This document shows, in pieces, positions 1 to 9,460 of a stretch of DNA of 64,000 nt. The notes beneath the pieces are model-generated. The model made no database searches and was not told the origin of the DNA. It saw only the letters and a list, made by a program, of their open reading frames with translations. The translations under genes were made by a program, and so were the position numbers. Position 1 is the stretch's first letter, and each line of letters starts with the position of its first letter. Source of the stretch: a virus; the IMG/VR virus record IMGVR_UViG_3300008119_000006; one strand, written 5' to 3'.

Positions 1-620
1 TTATCTCTGCCATGAAGATTGTTCCTGAATTTCAAAAACAATATAAGTTACAAATTGTGAATACCGTATTCTTAACTGATGGTGAAGGCCATGGTCTTTC
101 TGATGTTTTTTATAGAGATAACAAGGGTAATTTAAGAGATGGTTCAACCAATCAAGAAATTGATTATGATAGTATTAACTGGCGAGCAAAACGCCAAATG
201 GTGTTGCGTGATCCAATTACCAAGAATCAAGAAATTATTGAGATTAACCGTGGTCGTGAATTAACTGCATCATATATAAAGATGTTGAAGTTGAGAACTA
301 ATTGTAACATTGTTGGTTTCTATGTATTGGCTGGTCGTGAGTTGGGTCGTGAACTGCATCATTTTTATCCTAATAACTATATGTTACATGATAAAATCAA
401 AGCAGAGTTCCGTAAAAACAAATCATTGACTGTTACCAATGCCGGTTTCGATGAATACTATTTGTTGAAAACAGAAGCACTAGATACAGATGAAGATGTA
501 ACCTTTGAAGTGAAAGAGAATGCCACCACCCGTGGTCTGGTTTCAGCATTTAGTAAGTACGCTGGTAACCGTTTGAATAACCGTGTTGTATTAAATCGTT
601 TTATAGGATTAATATCATGA
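1..620 (+). CDS. C-terminal part of vWA-domain / CobT-like protein (5' end outside window)
   Basis: 'IVNTVFLTDGEG' vWA-type motif and C-terminal 'NRVVLNRFI', typical of the T4-like CobT/peptidase partner of the CobS ATPase; frame is open to the window edge. Confidence 0.7.
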   Translation, partial: ISAMKIVPEFQKQYKLQIVNTVFLTDGEGHGLSDVFYRDNKGNLRDGSTNQEIDYDSINWRAKRQMVLRDPITKNQEIIEINRGRELTASYIKMLKLRTNCNIVGFYVLAGRELGRELHHFYPNNYMLHDKIKAEFRKNKSLTVTNAGFDEYYLLKTEALDTDEDVTFEVKENATTRGLVSAFSKYAGNRLNNRVVLNRFIGLIS

Positions 621-835
621 AAGATATAGCAACTTTTGTTGGTGAAGCTGGTAAAATTATGGCCGTGATTTATGAAGGCGAAGGCTTTTGGAAAGTAAAT
701 TATGGAACATCCGAAGCACCAGCTTCTTTCAGTAAAGTGTTTATGACGGAATCTGAAGCAACTCAGTTTGCAGCAGACTATACAAACAAAAATTCTAAAC
801 CTACCTTATTGAGTGAGCAAAATGGAACTATCTAA
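617..835 (+). CDS. hypothetical protein
   Basis: ORF overlapping the previous stop (ATGA); weakly similar to the next ORF. Confidence 0.6.
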   Translation: MKDIATFVGEAGKIMAVIYEGEGFWKVNYGTSEAPASFSKVFMTESEATQFAADYTNKNSKPTLLSEQNGTI

Positions 836-1034
836 ATTTATGAATGGCGATAAGAAAGCCATTGTAGAAAGGTCGGAGTATAATTATACTATTGTATATT
901 ATCTGAATGACAAGGTAATTAAAAAAGAAGTTACTGCTGATTATCAAAAAGCTGAAGATTTGGCAGAAGATTATGTTTTGGCCGAAGAAAAGAAGGGGCC
1001 AAGTTTTTTAGTGGAGAAATGGAACAATGTCTAA
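813..1034 (+). CDS. hypothetical protein
   Basis: Tightly packed ORF; ends 'AEDLAEDYVL'. Confidence 0.6.
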   Translation: MSKMELSKFMNGDKKAIVERSEYNYTIVYYLNDKVIKKEVTADYQKAEDLAEDYVLAEEKKGPSFLVEKWNNV

Positions 1035-1293
1035 TATGGTTGCTGAAGATGAGTTTAATCCTAAGAAGATTGCTGATGAAATGATTAAACGTTGCCTTGA
1101 TGCCAGAGAATGGCACATCAAGTGTTATGTGCAAGAAGAATGGTTTATTAACGGCGTTGTACCGTTTACAATTAGTATGAAAGATGGCTTATATACTTGC
1201 AAAGTAATTGCTTCCACGAAATTGGCAGCACTTAAAAAAGTGGAAGAATATATGCCTGTAATTAAATTTATTGAAGATCCAAATGAACGATAA
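1027..1293 (+). CDS. hypothetical protein
   Basis: Tightly packed ORF. Confidence 0.6.
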   Translation: MSNMVAEDEFNPKKIADEMIKRCLDAREWHIKCYVQEEWFINGVVPFTISMKDGLYTCKVIASTKLAALKKVEEYMPVIKFIEDPNER

Positions 1294-1558
1294 AATTAAA
1301 GAAACATTAATTATAACTCAAGAGGAATGTGCCGAAGTTATTCAGGCAGTTTCTAAGGTAATGAGATTTGGTTTTGATTCTTGTTATCCAACTGAAGATT
1401 CTGCTTCTACTAAAGAGTGTTTGACAATGGAAATGGGACAATTACTTTGTATGATTGGTATTTTGGTAGAACAAGGTGTTATTGATGAAGAAGCCATGGT
1501 TGCAGCAATGGAACACAAAAGGATAAAGTTGGAAACTTGGTCAAGCATTTTTAAATAA
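1271..1558 (+). CDS. MazG-like NTP pyrophosphohydrolase
   Basis: 'EECAEVIQAVSKVMRFG...EMGQL' MazG-like acidic helices. Confidence 0.7.
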   Translation: MKIQMNDKIKETLIITQEECAEVIQAVSKVMRFGFDSCYPTEDSASTKECLTMEMGQLLCMIGILVEQGVIDEEAMVAAMEHKRIKLETWSSIFK

Positions 1559-1676
1559 TGGAAATTAAAGAATTAATAAACCGGTTACATACAATCAAAA
1601 TGTGGACCAAACAAGATTCACAAGCTAGAATTTTATTAGATGAATTGATTAATCATTTTAAATCGCAGTTACCTCA

Positions 1677-2528
1677 ATGACAAAAAAAATATTAGTAACT
1701 GGATCCGAAGGATATATCGGACAACACCTTTGTTCGCTTTTAGAACAACGTGATTTTGATGTACACAAATTAGATTCATATATTGAAGAACCTGGTGCTT
1801 ATAAGTTTAAGGTAGATTTAAGAAAACCTCAGGACATTAAAAGTTCTGGTGTTATGTATAATGATTATGATACAATTATCCACTTGGCAGCTTTAGTGCA
1901 AGTAGGACAATCAGTAGAATATCCTACTGCTTACTATAATACAAATATCAATGGTACAAATTGGTTGAGGAATATTGTATCACATAAGAAGTTTATTTTT
2001 GCCTCAACTGGTGCGGCTGAAGGTATGGCATCTCCTTATGCTATCTCAAAAAGAGTGGCAGAGCAGATGTTAATTGAACAAGAACCAAATTGTACTATCT
2101 TTCGATTCTACAATGTAATTGGTTCTGATGGTTTTGAACCTACTAATCCCGATGGACTATTTTATAATTTAGTACAAGCAATAGAAACAGGTAAAATTAC
2201 TATATATGGTGATGATTACGACACAAAAGATGGTACAGCAGTTCGTGAGTATGTTCATGTAATGGATGTTTGCCGTGCTTTGATAGAAGCTATTGATAAT
2301 CCATCTAAAAGTCGTTTTGAAAACTTGGCATACAATGATACAAGAACGGTCAAAGAGATTGTCCAAACTTTTATCAAAGTGAACAAAGTAAATTGTCAAG
2401 TTGAATATGCACCAAGACGGCCTGGTGATTTGGAATCTTGTTACTTAGAGAACCCGTCGCCGTTTATGAAAAGAAACTATACTTACGAAGAAATGCTAAA
2501 ATGGAAACCCTTAAATTTACCGGAATGA
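1677..2528 (+). CDS. galE: NAD-dependent epimerase/dehydratase (UDP-glucose 4-epimerase-like)
   Basis: TGSEGYIG Rossmann motif, HLAA, YAISK (YxxxK), RFYNV, DGTAVREYVHV, RRPGD. Confidence 0.85.
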   Translation: MTKKILVTGSEGYIGQHLCSLLEQRDFDVHKLDSYIEEPGAYKFKVDLRKPQDIKSSGVMYNDYDTIIHLAALVQVGQSVEYPTAYYNTNINGTNWLRNIVSHKKFIFASTGAAEGMASPYAISKRVAEQMLIEQEPNCTIFRFYNVIGSDGFEPTNPDGLFYNLVQAIETGKITIYGDDYDTKDGTAVREYVHVMDVCRALIEAIDNPSKSRFENLAYNDTRTVKEIVQTFIKVNKVNCQVEYAPRRPGDLESCYLENPSPFMKRNYTYEEMLKWKPLNLPE

Positions 2529-2684
2529 TTATCTTCCTAGTAGGTGTTTATGCACTTATGAATGATGATGATTACCATAAAGAGTTTGACAAACCACACA
2601 TAGTCCGTTATAATTGTGATAAGTTAATTGCTGGTTGGCATCCAGATGTTCCACCTGAAGTGATAAAAAAATGTCGTGACCCAA

Positions 2685-2966
2685 ATGAAAGGACTGTCCG
2701 TGTTACAACCTATAAAGACTAAAATTCTCATTCAATTGGAGAATATGGAAAAAGAACAAGTACTAAATTCTGGTATCGTTTTGACTACAAAAGACCAACA
2801 CGAAGCCCAGCGAGCAAAAGTGCTGGCTGTTGGTCCTGCTGTAGAATACGTTAAAGTTGGTGATAGTATTATTCCTAATTGGAATGCTGCAGAACCTACA
2901 AAATTTGAAAAAGAAGATTACTTCCTTGTTAAAGAGGAAGAAGTCGTAATGATTGTTGAGGAGTAA
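2685..2966 (+). CDS. groES: GroES-like co-chaperonin
   Basis: 'LQPIKTKILI...SGIVL...AKVLAVGP...VKVGD...YFLVKEEEV'. Confidence 0.85.
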   Translation: MKGLSVLQPIKTKILIQLENMEKEQVLNSGIVLTTKDQHEAQRAKVLAVGPAVEYVKVGDSIIPNWNAAEPTKFEKEDYFLVKEEEVVMIVEE

Positions 2967-2968
2967 TT

Positions 2969-3154
2969 ATGGTAACCACTTATGATGAGATGTATATTGC
3001 CGTATTAAGAAAAGAACGTGAACACCTGTTGAGTTTACACGACCCGCACGCAGAAGGTACAGGTCATTTTAATACGGCAGCAGGTGTATTACTTCAACGA
3101 ATTAAAGAAATTCAGGTCAAGAATGAAAAGTGGTCAGTTGAAGTTAATGATTAA
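2969..3154 (+). CDS. hypothetical protein
   Basis: GGAG RBS; packed ORF. Confidence 0.55.
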   Translation: MVTTYDEMYIAVLRKEREHLLSLHDPHAEGTGHFNTAAGVLLQRIKEIQVKNEKWSVEVND

Positions 3155-3264
3155 CGATACAAGGCTTGTGATTCTTTGATTTTACCATTGCGAGCTAAGT
3201 TAGCGGCATACTTGGCTTGACCAATTACACAGAGAAAAAAGTAGATAGATTTAAGTAGTTTCAT
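3151..3264 (-). CDS. small hypothetical protein (37 aa, MKLLKSIYFFLCVIGQAKYAANLARNGKIKESQALYR)
   Basis: Translated by hand; AAGGA RBS upstream on the minus strand; fills an otherwise empty gap. Confidence 0.55.
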   Translation of the reverse strand: MKLLKSIYFFLCVIGQAKYAANLARNGKIKESQALYR

Positions 3265-3340
3265 TTTAATTCCTTATTAGTAGTTTCACTATTAGTGTTT
3301 ATACTAGTATATAGGACAATAAGTATGACAGGAGAATGAC

Positions 3341-3526
3341 ATGACCACATTTACTAGTGAAGATAGAGAAGAAGCAGAGAAGCGCCAAAAAATTATGAAT
3401 GACCTTCAAAACAAAGACCAAATGGAATTACCATTGGATTGGGAAGAAACTTCCTCTGCATGGCCATTTAAAGAAGAAGATATTTTAGAAGAACACGAAG
3501 TGCCAGATTTCAAAACTGAAGAATAA
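3341..3526 (+). CDS. hypothetical protein
   Basis: AGGAG RBS; 'MTTFTSEDRE' start. Confidence 0.6.
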   Translation: MTTFTSEDREEAEKRQKIMNDLQNKDQMELPLDWEETSSAWPFKEEDILEEHEVPDFKTEE

Positions 3527-3740
3527 AAATGCGAAACGTAAAAACGAAACTTACCATCCTAACCGCTCTCACGCTTCTGGTTTTTGCCAGCGCTTCCGGA
3601 GCTATTAGCCGTTATATTCCCACAATAACCGAGGATACGATTACTTGTCGGCCTCAAAAGGGTTCCTCTGAGGATCTGTGGACTTGCACAGACTATTATG
3701 GTAACCGATTTAAAAATTTACAAATCACTATTTTTATTAA

Positions 3741-3941
3741 ATGATATTCTATAATATCCTCGGATTATTCTTCACGTTTATGTGGAATACTTCTATGCTC
3801 GGCGGAACAATCTATCTCATTACAAAAGAAGATTGGTCTCCGTGGACCTTAGTGGCCACTCTCTTTTTCTTTATTCGTTGGAAAGAATGGACTCCGAAAG
3901 AACCAAAACAACCTGAAGCTTCTAAGATAATCACTCTTTAA
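3741..3941 (+). CDS. small membrane protein
   Basis: Two hydrophobic segments. Confidence 0.5.
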   Translation: MIFYNILGLFFTFMWNTSMLGGTIYLITKEDWSPWTLVATLFFFIRWKEWTPKEPKQPEASKIITL

Positions 3942-4420
3942 TGACTGGAAAACCAGGTAAAAAATCGAATCTAGCCAAAGGCAGACATAGTTTCGATGCG
4001 GAGATAGGTGGAACTCTGGTACCTTTCCTTAACAGGAATATATCAGAATATCCCACAGAGGCAGGCGCAGTTAAATTTGAACTGGTACCTGTAACTCAGC
4101 AAAAAGACATAATGATTAATCATGCTAGGATGTATGCCCAGCAAGAATATGATAGAATTATGGAACTGGTTTCTGTATTACAAAAACAGGCTGATGATAT
4201 TAAACGCAGATTGAATGTCACGGATGCTGTTCATGCCGCTGTGTACCAGTTTTCTCCAGTCATGGGTCATGTATATTGGTTAGTATGGGATAAGAGAAAA
4301 CAACATATACTCTTAACACAGAATGGTCCAAAGGATTGGTCAAGTGGTGCTCCTGAAGATTATGAATATCAGACACAGGTGAAGTATATGGGTGACCACA
4401 CATGGATGGAGATACAATAG
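3941..4420 (+). CDS. DUF2452-like protein
   Basis: 'QKQADDIKRRL...VHAA.YQFSPVMGHVYWL...GPKDW' pattern. Confidence 0.6.
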   Translation: MTGKPGKKSNLAKGRHSFDAEIGGTLVPFLNRNISEYPTEAGAVKFELVPVTQQKDIMINHARMYAQQEYDRIMELVSVLQKQADDIKRRLNVTDAVHAAVYQFSPVMGHVYWLVWDKRKQHILLTQNGPKDWSSGAPEDYEYQTQVKYMGDHTWMEIQ

Positions 4421-4589
4421 AGTATGGTTCTAAATAAGACATACAATAGAACCGCTAAGTGGGACGTAGAAAATAATCGGTGGCGGATCGGAGAAACCAC
4501 TCTCTACCAATGGTACACTAATGAAGAAAAATCTGCCTCTCCAATCTACTCAAACCTTACCGAAGCCCTCCAATGGATCATCCAACACG

Positions 4590-5345
4590 ATGAAAACCTA
4601 TCGTAGTATCTTTATCTCAGATGTACATTTAGGTACCAGAGATTGTCAGGCCGATAAACTGAATAATTTTCTTAAACATAATACCTGTGATACTCTCTAC
4701 CTTATTGGTGATATCATTGATGCTTGGAAGATTACTCAAAACAAATGGCGGTGGCAACAATCTCATTCCAATGTAGTTCGTAGAATCCTTGGTCATGCAA
4801 AGAGAGGTACCAGAGTAATCTATGTTGCTGGTAACCACGATGAATTTCTACGACCTATGATACCCTATGGATTCTCTTTTGGTACCATAGAGATACACAA
4901 TCAAACTGAACATATCGATGCCAATGGTAAACGCTTTCTGGTTACTCATGGTGACCTATTTGATGGTATCTCTAAGTTGGCTCCGTGGTTGACTTTCCTT
5001 GGTGATAAACTGTATGATATGATACTCGGATGGAACTCGAAATTCAATTCTTTTCGTAGACGCTTTGGATTAGGTTATTGGTCATTGAGTAAGTACCTCA
5101 AATATAAAGTAAAATCCTCCGTAGACTTTCTGTTAGGCTTTGAGAAGAATATCTCTGAATACTGTAAGAAACGTGGCTTTGACGGAGTTATCTGTGGACA
5201 TATACACCATGCTGAGATAAAAGAGATAGACGGCATTCTCTATATGAATGACGGTGATTGGGTAGAATCGTGTACCGCTCTGGTAGAACACCATGACGGG
5301 ACATGGGAGATTATCCATTGGACTAAAGAACAGGACGCATCGTAA
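4590..5345 (+). CDS. LpxH-like (UDP-2,3-diacylglucosamine hydrolase family) metallophosphoesterase
   Basis: ISDVHLG, GDIID, GNHD, HGD, CGHIH, NDGDWVES motifs; start placed at MKTYRS. Confidence 0.85.
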   Translation: MKTYRSIFISDVHLGTRDCQADKLNNFLKHNTCDTLYLIGDIIDAWKITQNKWRWQQSHSNVVRRILGHAKRGTRVIYVAGNHDEFLRPMIPYGFSFGTIEIHNQTEHIDANGKRFLVTHGDLFDGISKLAPWLTFLGDKLYDMILGWNSKFNSFRRRFGLGYWSLSKYLKYKVKSSVDFLLGFEKNISEYCKKRGFDGVICGHIHHAEIKEIDGILYMNDGDWVESCTALVEHHDGTWEIIHWTKEQDAS

Positions 5346-5660
5346 TCCTTCTTGGCCGGTCCTAAAAAAAAATTTCGAAATACTGATTCCGGCCTAAAAA
5401 AAACTTTTTGGATTTAAAGTGTTTGACCTGGTACGGACTTTTTTTTACCTATACGGATCAACTGCTTGCCGGCGCTTTCTCTCAGCGCCTCTCTGAGCTG
5501 CTCTATACCCCCTCTGCGTCTCCTGTCTGGTTTCCATGCGTCCTGCCTTATCCCCTGTACGCCTCGCCGTGCGTCCCGAAGCGTCCCAATAATACTTGAC
5601 CACCCCGCTACAGTATTATCCTCAATAAAATCAACCACTTACCGCATCAAAAATTAACGG

Positions 5661-5688
5661 TTGACAATTTCGGTGGTTCGTGTATACT
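5661..5688 (+). promoter_or_regulatory. sigma70-type early promoter
   Basis: TTGACA-N16-TATACT at the head of the early gene block. Confidence 0.7.
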
Positions 5689-5756
5689 AGTAAAATCAAG
5701 TCTGCGCAACGATATTGCGCTTTATTATTATCTGAAAGTATTATATTATTATTATT

Positions 5757-6104
5757 ATGAATAACGATATTAAAGCATTATCCAATATGAGTATCGCTGA
5801 ATTAAAGCAATTATTATCTTGCGTTAATCAAGATATTAAGTCCATTAAGCGTGCTGAGAAAATTGCTGCTGATAATGTACCTACTGAATTTGAAATATGT
5901 AACGATATTGCTAAACGATTTACTAATAAACAATATCCAAAACCAGTAGAAAATGCTAAACTAAAAGCAGATATTCAAATTCAGCAAGATATTCTAGAGT
6001 ATCTCAATAGTGGTAATCATATTATCACTGCTCGACCAAGAAAATCGAGAAAATATAGTAATAAACCATTTACAGTATCATTAACCAAAATCGTATCACT
6101 TTAA
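5757..6104 (+). CDS. early hypothetical protein
   Basis: First ORF after the promoter. Confidence 0.6.
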   Translation: MNNDIKALSNMSIAELKQLLSCVNQDIKSIKRAEKIAADNVPTEFEICNDIAKRFTNKQYPKPVENAKLKADIQIQQDILEYLNSGNHIITARPRKSRKYSNKPFTVSLTKIVSL

Positions 6105-6120
6105 ACTAAAAGGAAATTAT

Positions 6121-6339
6121 ATGTTATTAATCGACACTATTCAAGCATTATCATTAAAAGATAAAAGAGCATTAGTTAAAACAATCCGCTCTATTATCTC
6201 AGAAGAAGTAAAAGAGCAAAAAGTATTAAAAGTATTTTCTAAAGTAGCAAAAGAAAATGCTAAGAAGGAAAAAGTATTAGCGCAGATTAAAGCGGCAGAA
6301 GATAAACTTGCCAAATTAACTGCAAAACTAGCAGTATAA
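6121..6339 (+). CDS. early hypothetical basic coiled-coil protein
   Basis: AAGGA RBS; Lys/Ala-rich. Confidence 0.65.
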   Translation: MLLIDTIQALSLKDKRALVKTIRSIISEEVKEQKVLKVFSKVAKENAKKEKVLAQIKAAEDKLAKLTAKLAV

Positions 6340-6341
6340 TG

Positions 6342-6381
6342 TTTATAATATGCTTTGAGAGTATCAGAGCATATTAGTAAG
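6342..6381 (+). other. intergenic RNA hairpin with bulged G (copy 1)
   Basis: TTA-TAATATGCTTTGA / TCAGAGCATATTA-G-TAA. Confidence 0.65.
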
Positions 6382-6422
6382 TATTATTACCACTTATAAA
6401 CAATTAAACTAAAAAGGAAATT

Positions 6423-6680
6423 ATGTTAATAGAAAAAACTGATAATTATGTAGTATTGCAATCGTTTGCGTCCCGTACTGAAAATGAATATGAAGTATAT
6501 GATTTAAATGAGAATATGCTCGGGTATTTTGTAGAGCGCTCTGATAATGATTATGAAGTATATTCGTTAGATTGCGCAGAATTCGGAAATATATCGCATG
6601 AAGAATTCAACCAAATTGATTATGTTGATGATTTTGCTAATGCTGTTAATCTTATTGTGAGTAACGCTTATGCTGAATAA
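6423..6680 (+). CDS. early hypothetical acidic protein
   Basis: AAGGA RBS; Asp/Glu/Tyr-rich. Confidence 0.65.
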   Translation: MLIEKTDNYVVLQSFASRTENEYEVYDLNENMLGYFVERSDNDYEVYSLDCAEFGNISHEEFNQIDYVDDFANAVNLIVSNAYAE

Positions 6681-6842
6681 TGCCTTAGATATTAAAATTG
6701 TTGCCATTCGCAATGATATTACACAATTAAAAGATGAGTTTTATATAGACCATCCAGAGTATGTTGCGATATTGAATACCGCTTATACTGCTCTAGATGA
6801 TTTAGTTTACCTTAAAATAATAAAGTAATACCATATTGATGA

Positions 6843-6892
6843 TTTATAATAATCATTATGTCGCTCAGAGGTGCATAGTGATTATTAGTAAG
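6843..6892 (+). other. intergenic RNA hairpin with bulged G (copy 2)
   Basis: TTA-TAATAATCATTATG / CATAGTGATTATTA-G-TAA. Confidence 0.65.
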
Positions 6893-7065
6893 TTATTGAT
6901 TATATTGAATATTTTATTGTGATAATCTTAGATAGTGCTCGGATAATCTGTTTGGATTAACTAGGACGCACTAGGATAATCTGGTATTCAAACTAAGACT
7001 TAATCGAAGCACTATACCGGCGACATTATGGCGACATATTATTAATTATTATAAAGGAAGTTATT

Positions 7066-7212
7066 ATGAGTAAAAAGCATTACATTATCGTAGCAAAATC
7101 ATTATTTGAATCAAAAGCAGATTTTCTATTATGTTCTAATCTGGCAGTCCAGTTTAAGAATGATAATAGATTATTCGACATTAACCGTTTTCTAACAGCG
7201 TGTGGACATTAA
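7066..7212 (+). CDS. small phage protein (48 aa, MSKKHY...DNRLFDINRFLTACG)
   Basis: Translated by hand; AAGGA RBS; resembles a recurrent phage small-protein pattern 'DN..FD..RF..ACG'. Confidence 0.65.
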   Translation: MSKKHYIIVAKSLFESKADFLLCSNLAVQFKNDNRLFDINRFLTACGH

Positions 7213-7593
7213 TATGATAAATGATATTGTAGTAAGCATTATTTGTATGTTATTATCTCGTTTTTCTTATGATTTTACATGGGAACAGCGAGATAGAATC
7301 CAAGATATTCTATCAGAAAATCAACCAATTTAAGGTATCATTATGTCATGGGAAGATAAGCAGTATATTAAGATTGTGTTATTAAGCAGTAGTTTATTAT
7401 TATTAGGAGTATGTTTATGAGTTTATCTAAAGCAGATATGGTAGCATTATTAGAAAAAGCGCAGGAGTTAATCGATACGGTCATTACTGAATATCCAGAT
7501 GATAATGATTTGGACGATATGGATTCACCATTATCTTATCTGATTAACGCTTCTGGTGATATATCAGATGCACTTAATCTAATAGAATAGTGG

Positions 7594-7630
7594 TATTATA
7601 GTGGATATTGATTAGTATCCATTAGTAATA
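7594..7630 (+). other. intergenic RNA hairpin with bulged G (copy 3)
   Basis: TATTA-TAGTGGATA / TATCCATTA-G-TAATA. Confidence 0.6.
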
Positions 7631-8243
7631 TTATTAGGAGTTTGTTTATGAAATTTATTGTATTGTGTTTGGTTATATCATTATCTTACCATTTTTCTGA
7701 TATCAATAGTCAATTTATGGTAATGAGTGGTAATTTACATATTGAAAGGTCATTATGAGTGGTACGAAGCGGTTAATCGAAGAATTTAATTATTACTTTG
7801 ATAATAATAATAGTGGTGTGGAAATCTCTGGTATTAAGTATTCAGCATCGGAGATATTGTTTAATCTTAATCCAAATGCGTATCAAAGTGAATTTGATAC
7901 TTGGTTGGATATACAGGAGAGTAATAATGAGTAAATTTATTGCAGATAATACACGGGTAATTGGTTTATTTCAAAATGAAGCGGTTATCGGTAAGGTAGA
8001 ATCCAGTAGAATGTATGGTAAGCGTATTGTATATACGGTCAAACTGGATAATCCAATATCATTAAGGTGGCGTACCGATCCAGTATATACTATAATGCTG
8101 GGTAAAGGTGAAATTAAGGCGGCGCCATTATGATAAGGAAATTATATTATCTTACCATTTTATTTTGTTTGTGGGCATTAACATTATGTGCATTAAATTT
8201 ATATTATTCGGTAATGTATTTTAATTATTATCTCAAATAGTCC

Positions 8244-8336
8244 GTTGTGCCCATACAACACATTATGGTTTTTCGGCAGAGAAACCGTATTGGAATATGC
8301 CATATTGATTGTGGTCTATTCTAATGCCTGTATAAT
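8244..8336 (+). promoter_or_regulatory. early promoter with upstream GTTG-N8-CAACA box
   Basis: GTTGtgcccataCAACA 8244-8260; TTGTGG-N16-TATAAT 8309-8336. Confidence 0.6.
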
Positions 8337-8385
8337 GGTTTTTTCAGTAGCAAATCTTGATTGAAATTTTTAAGAATAGGAAATT

Positions 8386-9162
8386 ATGAATTTATTATCA
8401 GTCGGTAATCCCAAGACTTTAAAGGGAATGGCACAAGGTTACAATACCTTTATTTTGCATCTTGCGCCATATACATTATCTGGACATAATACTTGTCCTA
8501 AGGCGTCAGCAGGTTGCGCTGCCGCTTGTTTGAATACGGCAGGCAGAGGTGGTATGTTTAAGCGTGGTGAGGTAACGAATACTATTCAGCAGGCGAGAAT
8601 CCGTAAAACTAAAATGTTTTATGATAATCGTGAACAGTTTATGGCATTATTGGTAAAAGATATTGAATTGGCAATTAAACAATCTGCCAAAGCAGGTCTT
8701 ATTCCAGTATTCCGTTTGAATGGTACTAGTGATTTATCATGGGAAAAGTATTCAGTAACCCGTAACGGTGTAGTATTTACTAACATATTTGCAGCTTTTG
8801 ATAATGTCCAGTTTTATGATTATACTAAGGTGCTTGGTCGTAAAGTAAAACATATTCCTAATTATCACCTTACATTCTCTATGGCAGATGGTAATTACAT
8901 GGATTGTAAACAGGCGGTTAATGAAGGTCTTAATATTGCTGTGGTATTTGGTATTAAGAAAGGCACAGCAATGCCAGAGAAATTCTTTAATTCTAACCTG
9001 ACCGTATTTAATGGTGATGAAAGTGATTTACGCTTTCTTGATCCAAAAGGTTGTGTGGTTGGTTTATATGCCAAAGGCAAGGCAAAGAAGGATACTAGCG
9101 GTTTCGTAAAATATCCTGTTGGTGAGTATTCATTTACTATCAAATTAGATAAGGCGGCATAA
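8386..9162 (+). CDS. GP88-family protein (Cys-cluster, radical-SAM-like)
   Basis: 'CPKASAGCAAACLNTAGRG', 'RLNGTSD', 'FYDYTK', 'NYHLTFS', 'GDESDLRFLD'. Confidence 0.75.
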   Translation: MNLLSVGNPKTLKGMAQGYNTFILHLAPYTLSGHNTCPKASAGCAAACLNTAGRGGMFKRGEVTNTIQQARIRKTKMFYDNREQFMALLVKDIELAIKQSAKAGLIPVFRLNGTSDLSWEKYSVTRNGVVFTNIFAAFDNVQFYDYTKVLGRKVKHIPNYHLTFSMADGNYMDCKQAVNEGLNIAVVFGIKKGTAMPEKFFNSNLTVFNGDESDLRFLDPKGCVVGLYAKGKAKKDTSGFVKYPVGEYSFTIKLDKAA

Positions 9163-9163
9163 T

Positions 9164-9460
9164 ATGAATTTATTTAAATTAATTGATGAAGTTACCGAAT
9201 TGACCGAGAATTATATTGGTACAATGGAAAAAGTACCTGCTGTCAAATTAGGTCTTGATAATAGGTCAGGTAGTTTGTTTGTATCACCTGATTGTATTGC
9301 TGTATATAAAGGTAATGACCGTGCCTTACAGTATTATGGTGGTTTTGAATATGTTGATACACAATATCGGCATGAAATGGGTGATTTTGTATTCTATTCA
9401 GCGGAAGATGATAGAGTCCAAGGTCATTTAGAAACTTATTTGAATGCTGAGGTAGAATAA
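9164..9460 (+). CDS. hypothetical protein
   Basis: Packed ORF; 'LQYYGGFEYV'. Confidence 0.65.
   Translation: MNLFKLIDEVTELTENYIGTMEKVPAVKLGLDNRSGSLFVSPDCIAVYKGNDRALQYYGGFEYVDTQYRHEMGDFVFYSAEDDRVQGHLETYLNAEVE

Noticed and set aside
5408-5657. Three short ORFs across the GC-rich island
   Set aside because: No RBS, atypical composition and mutually overlapping; a by-product of local high GC.
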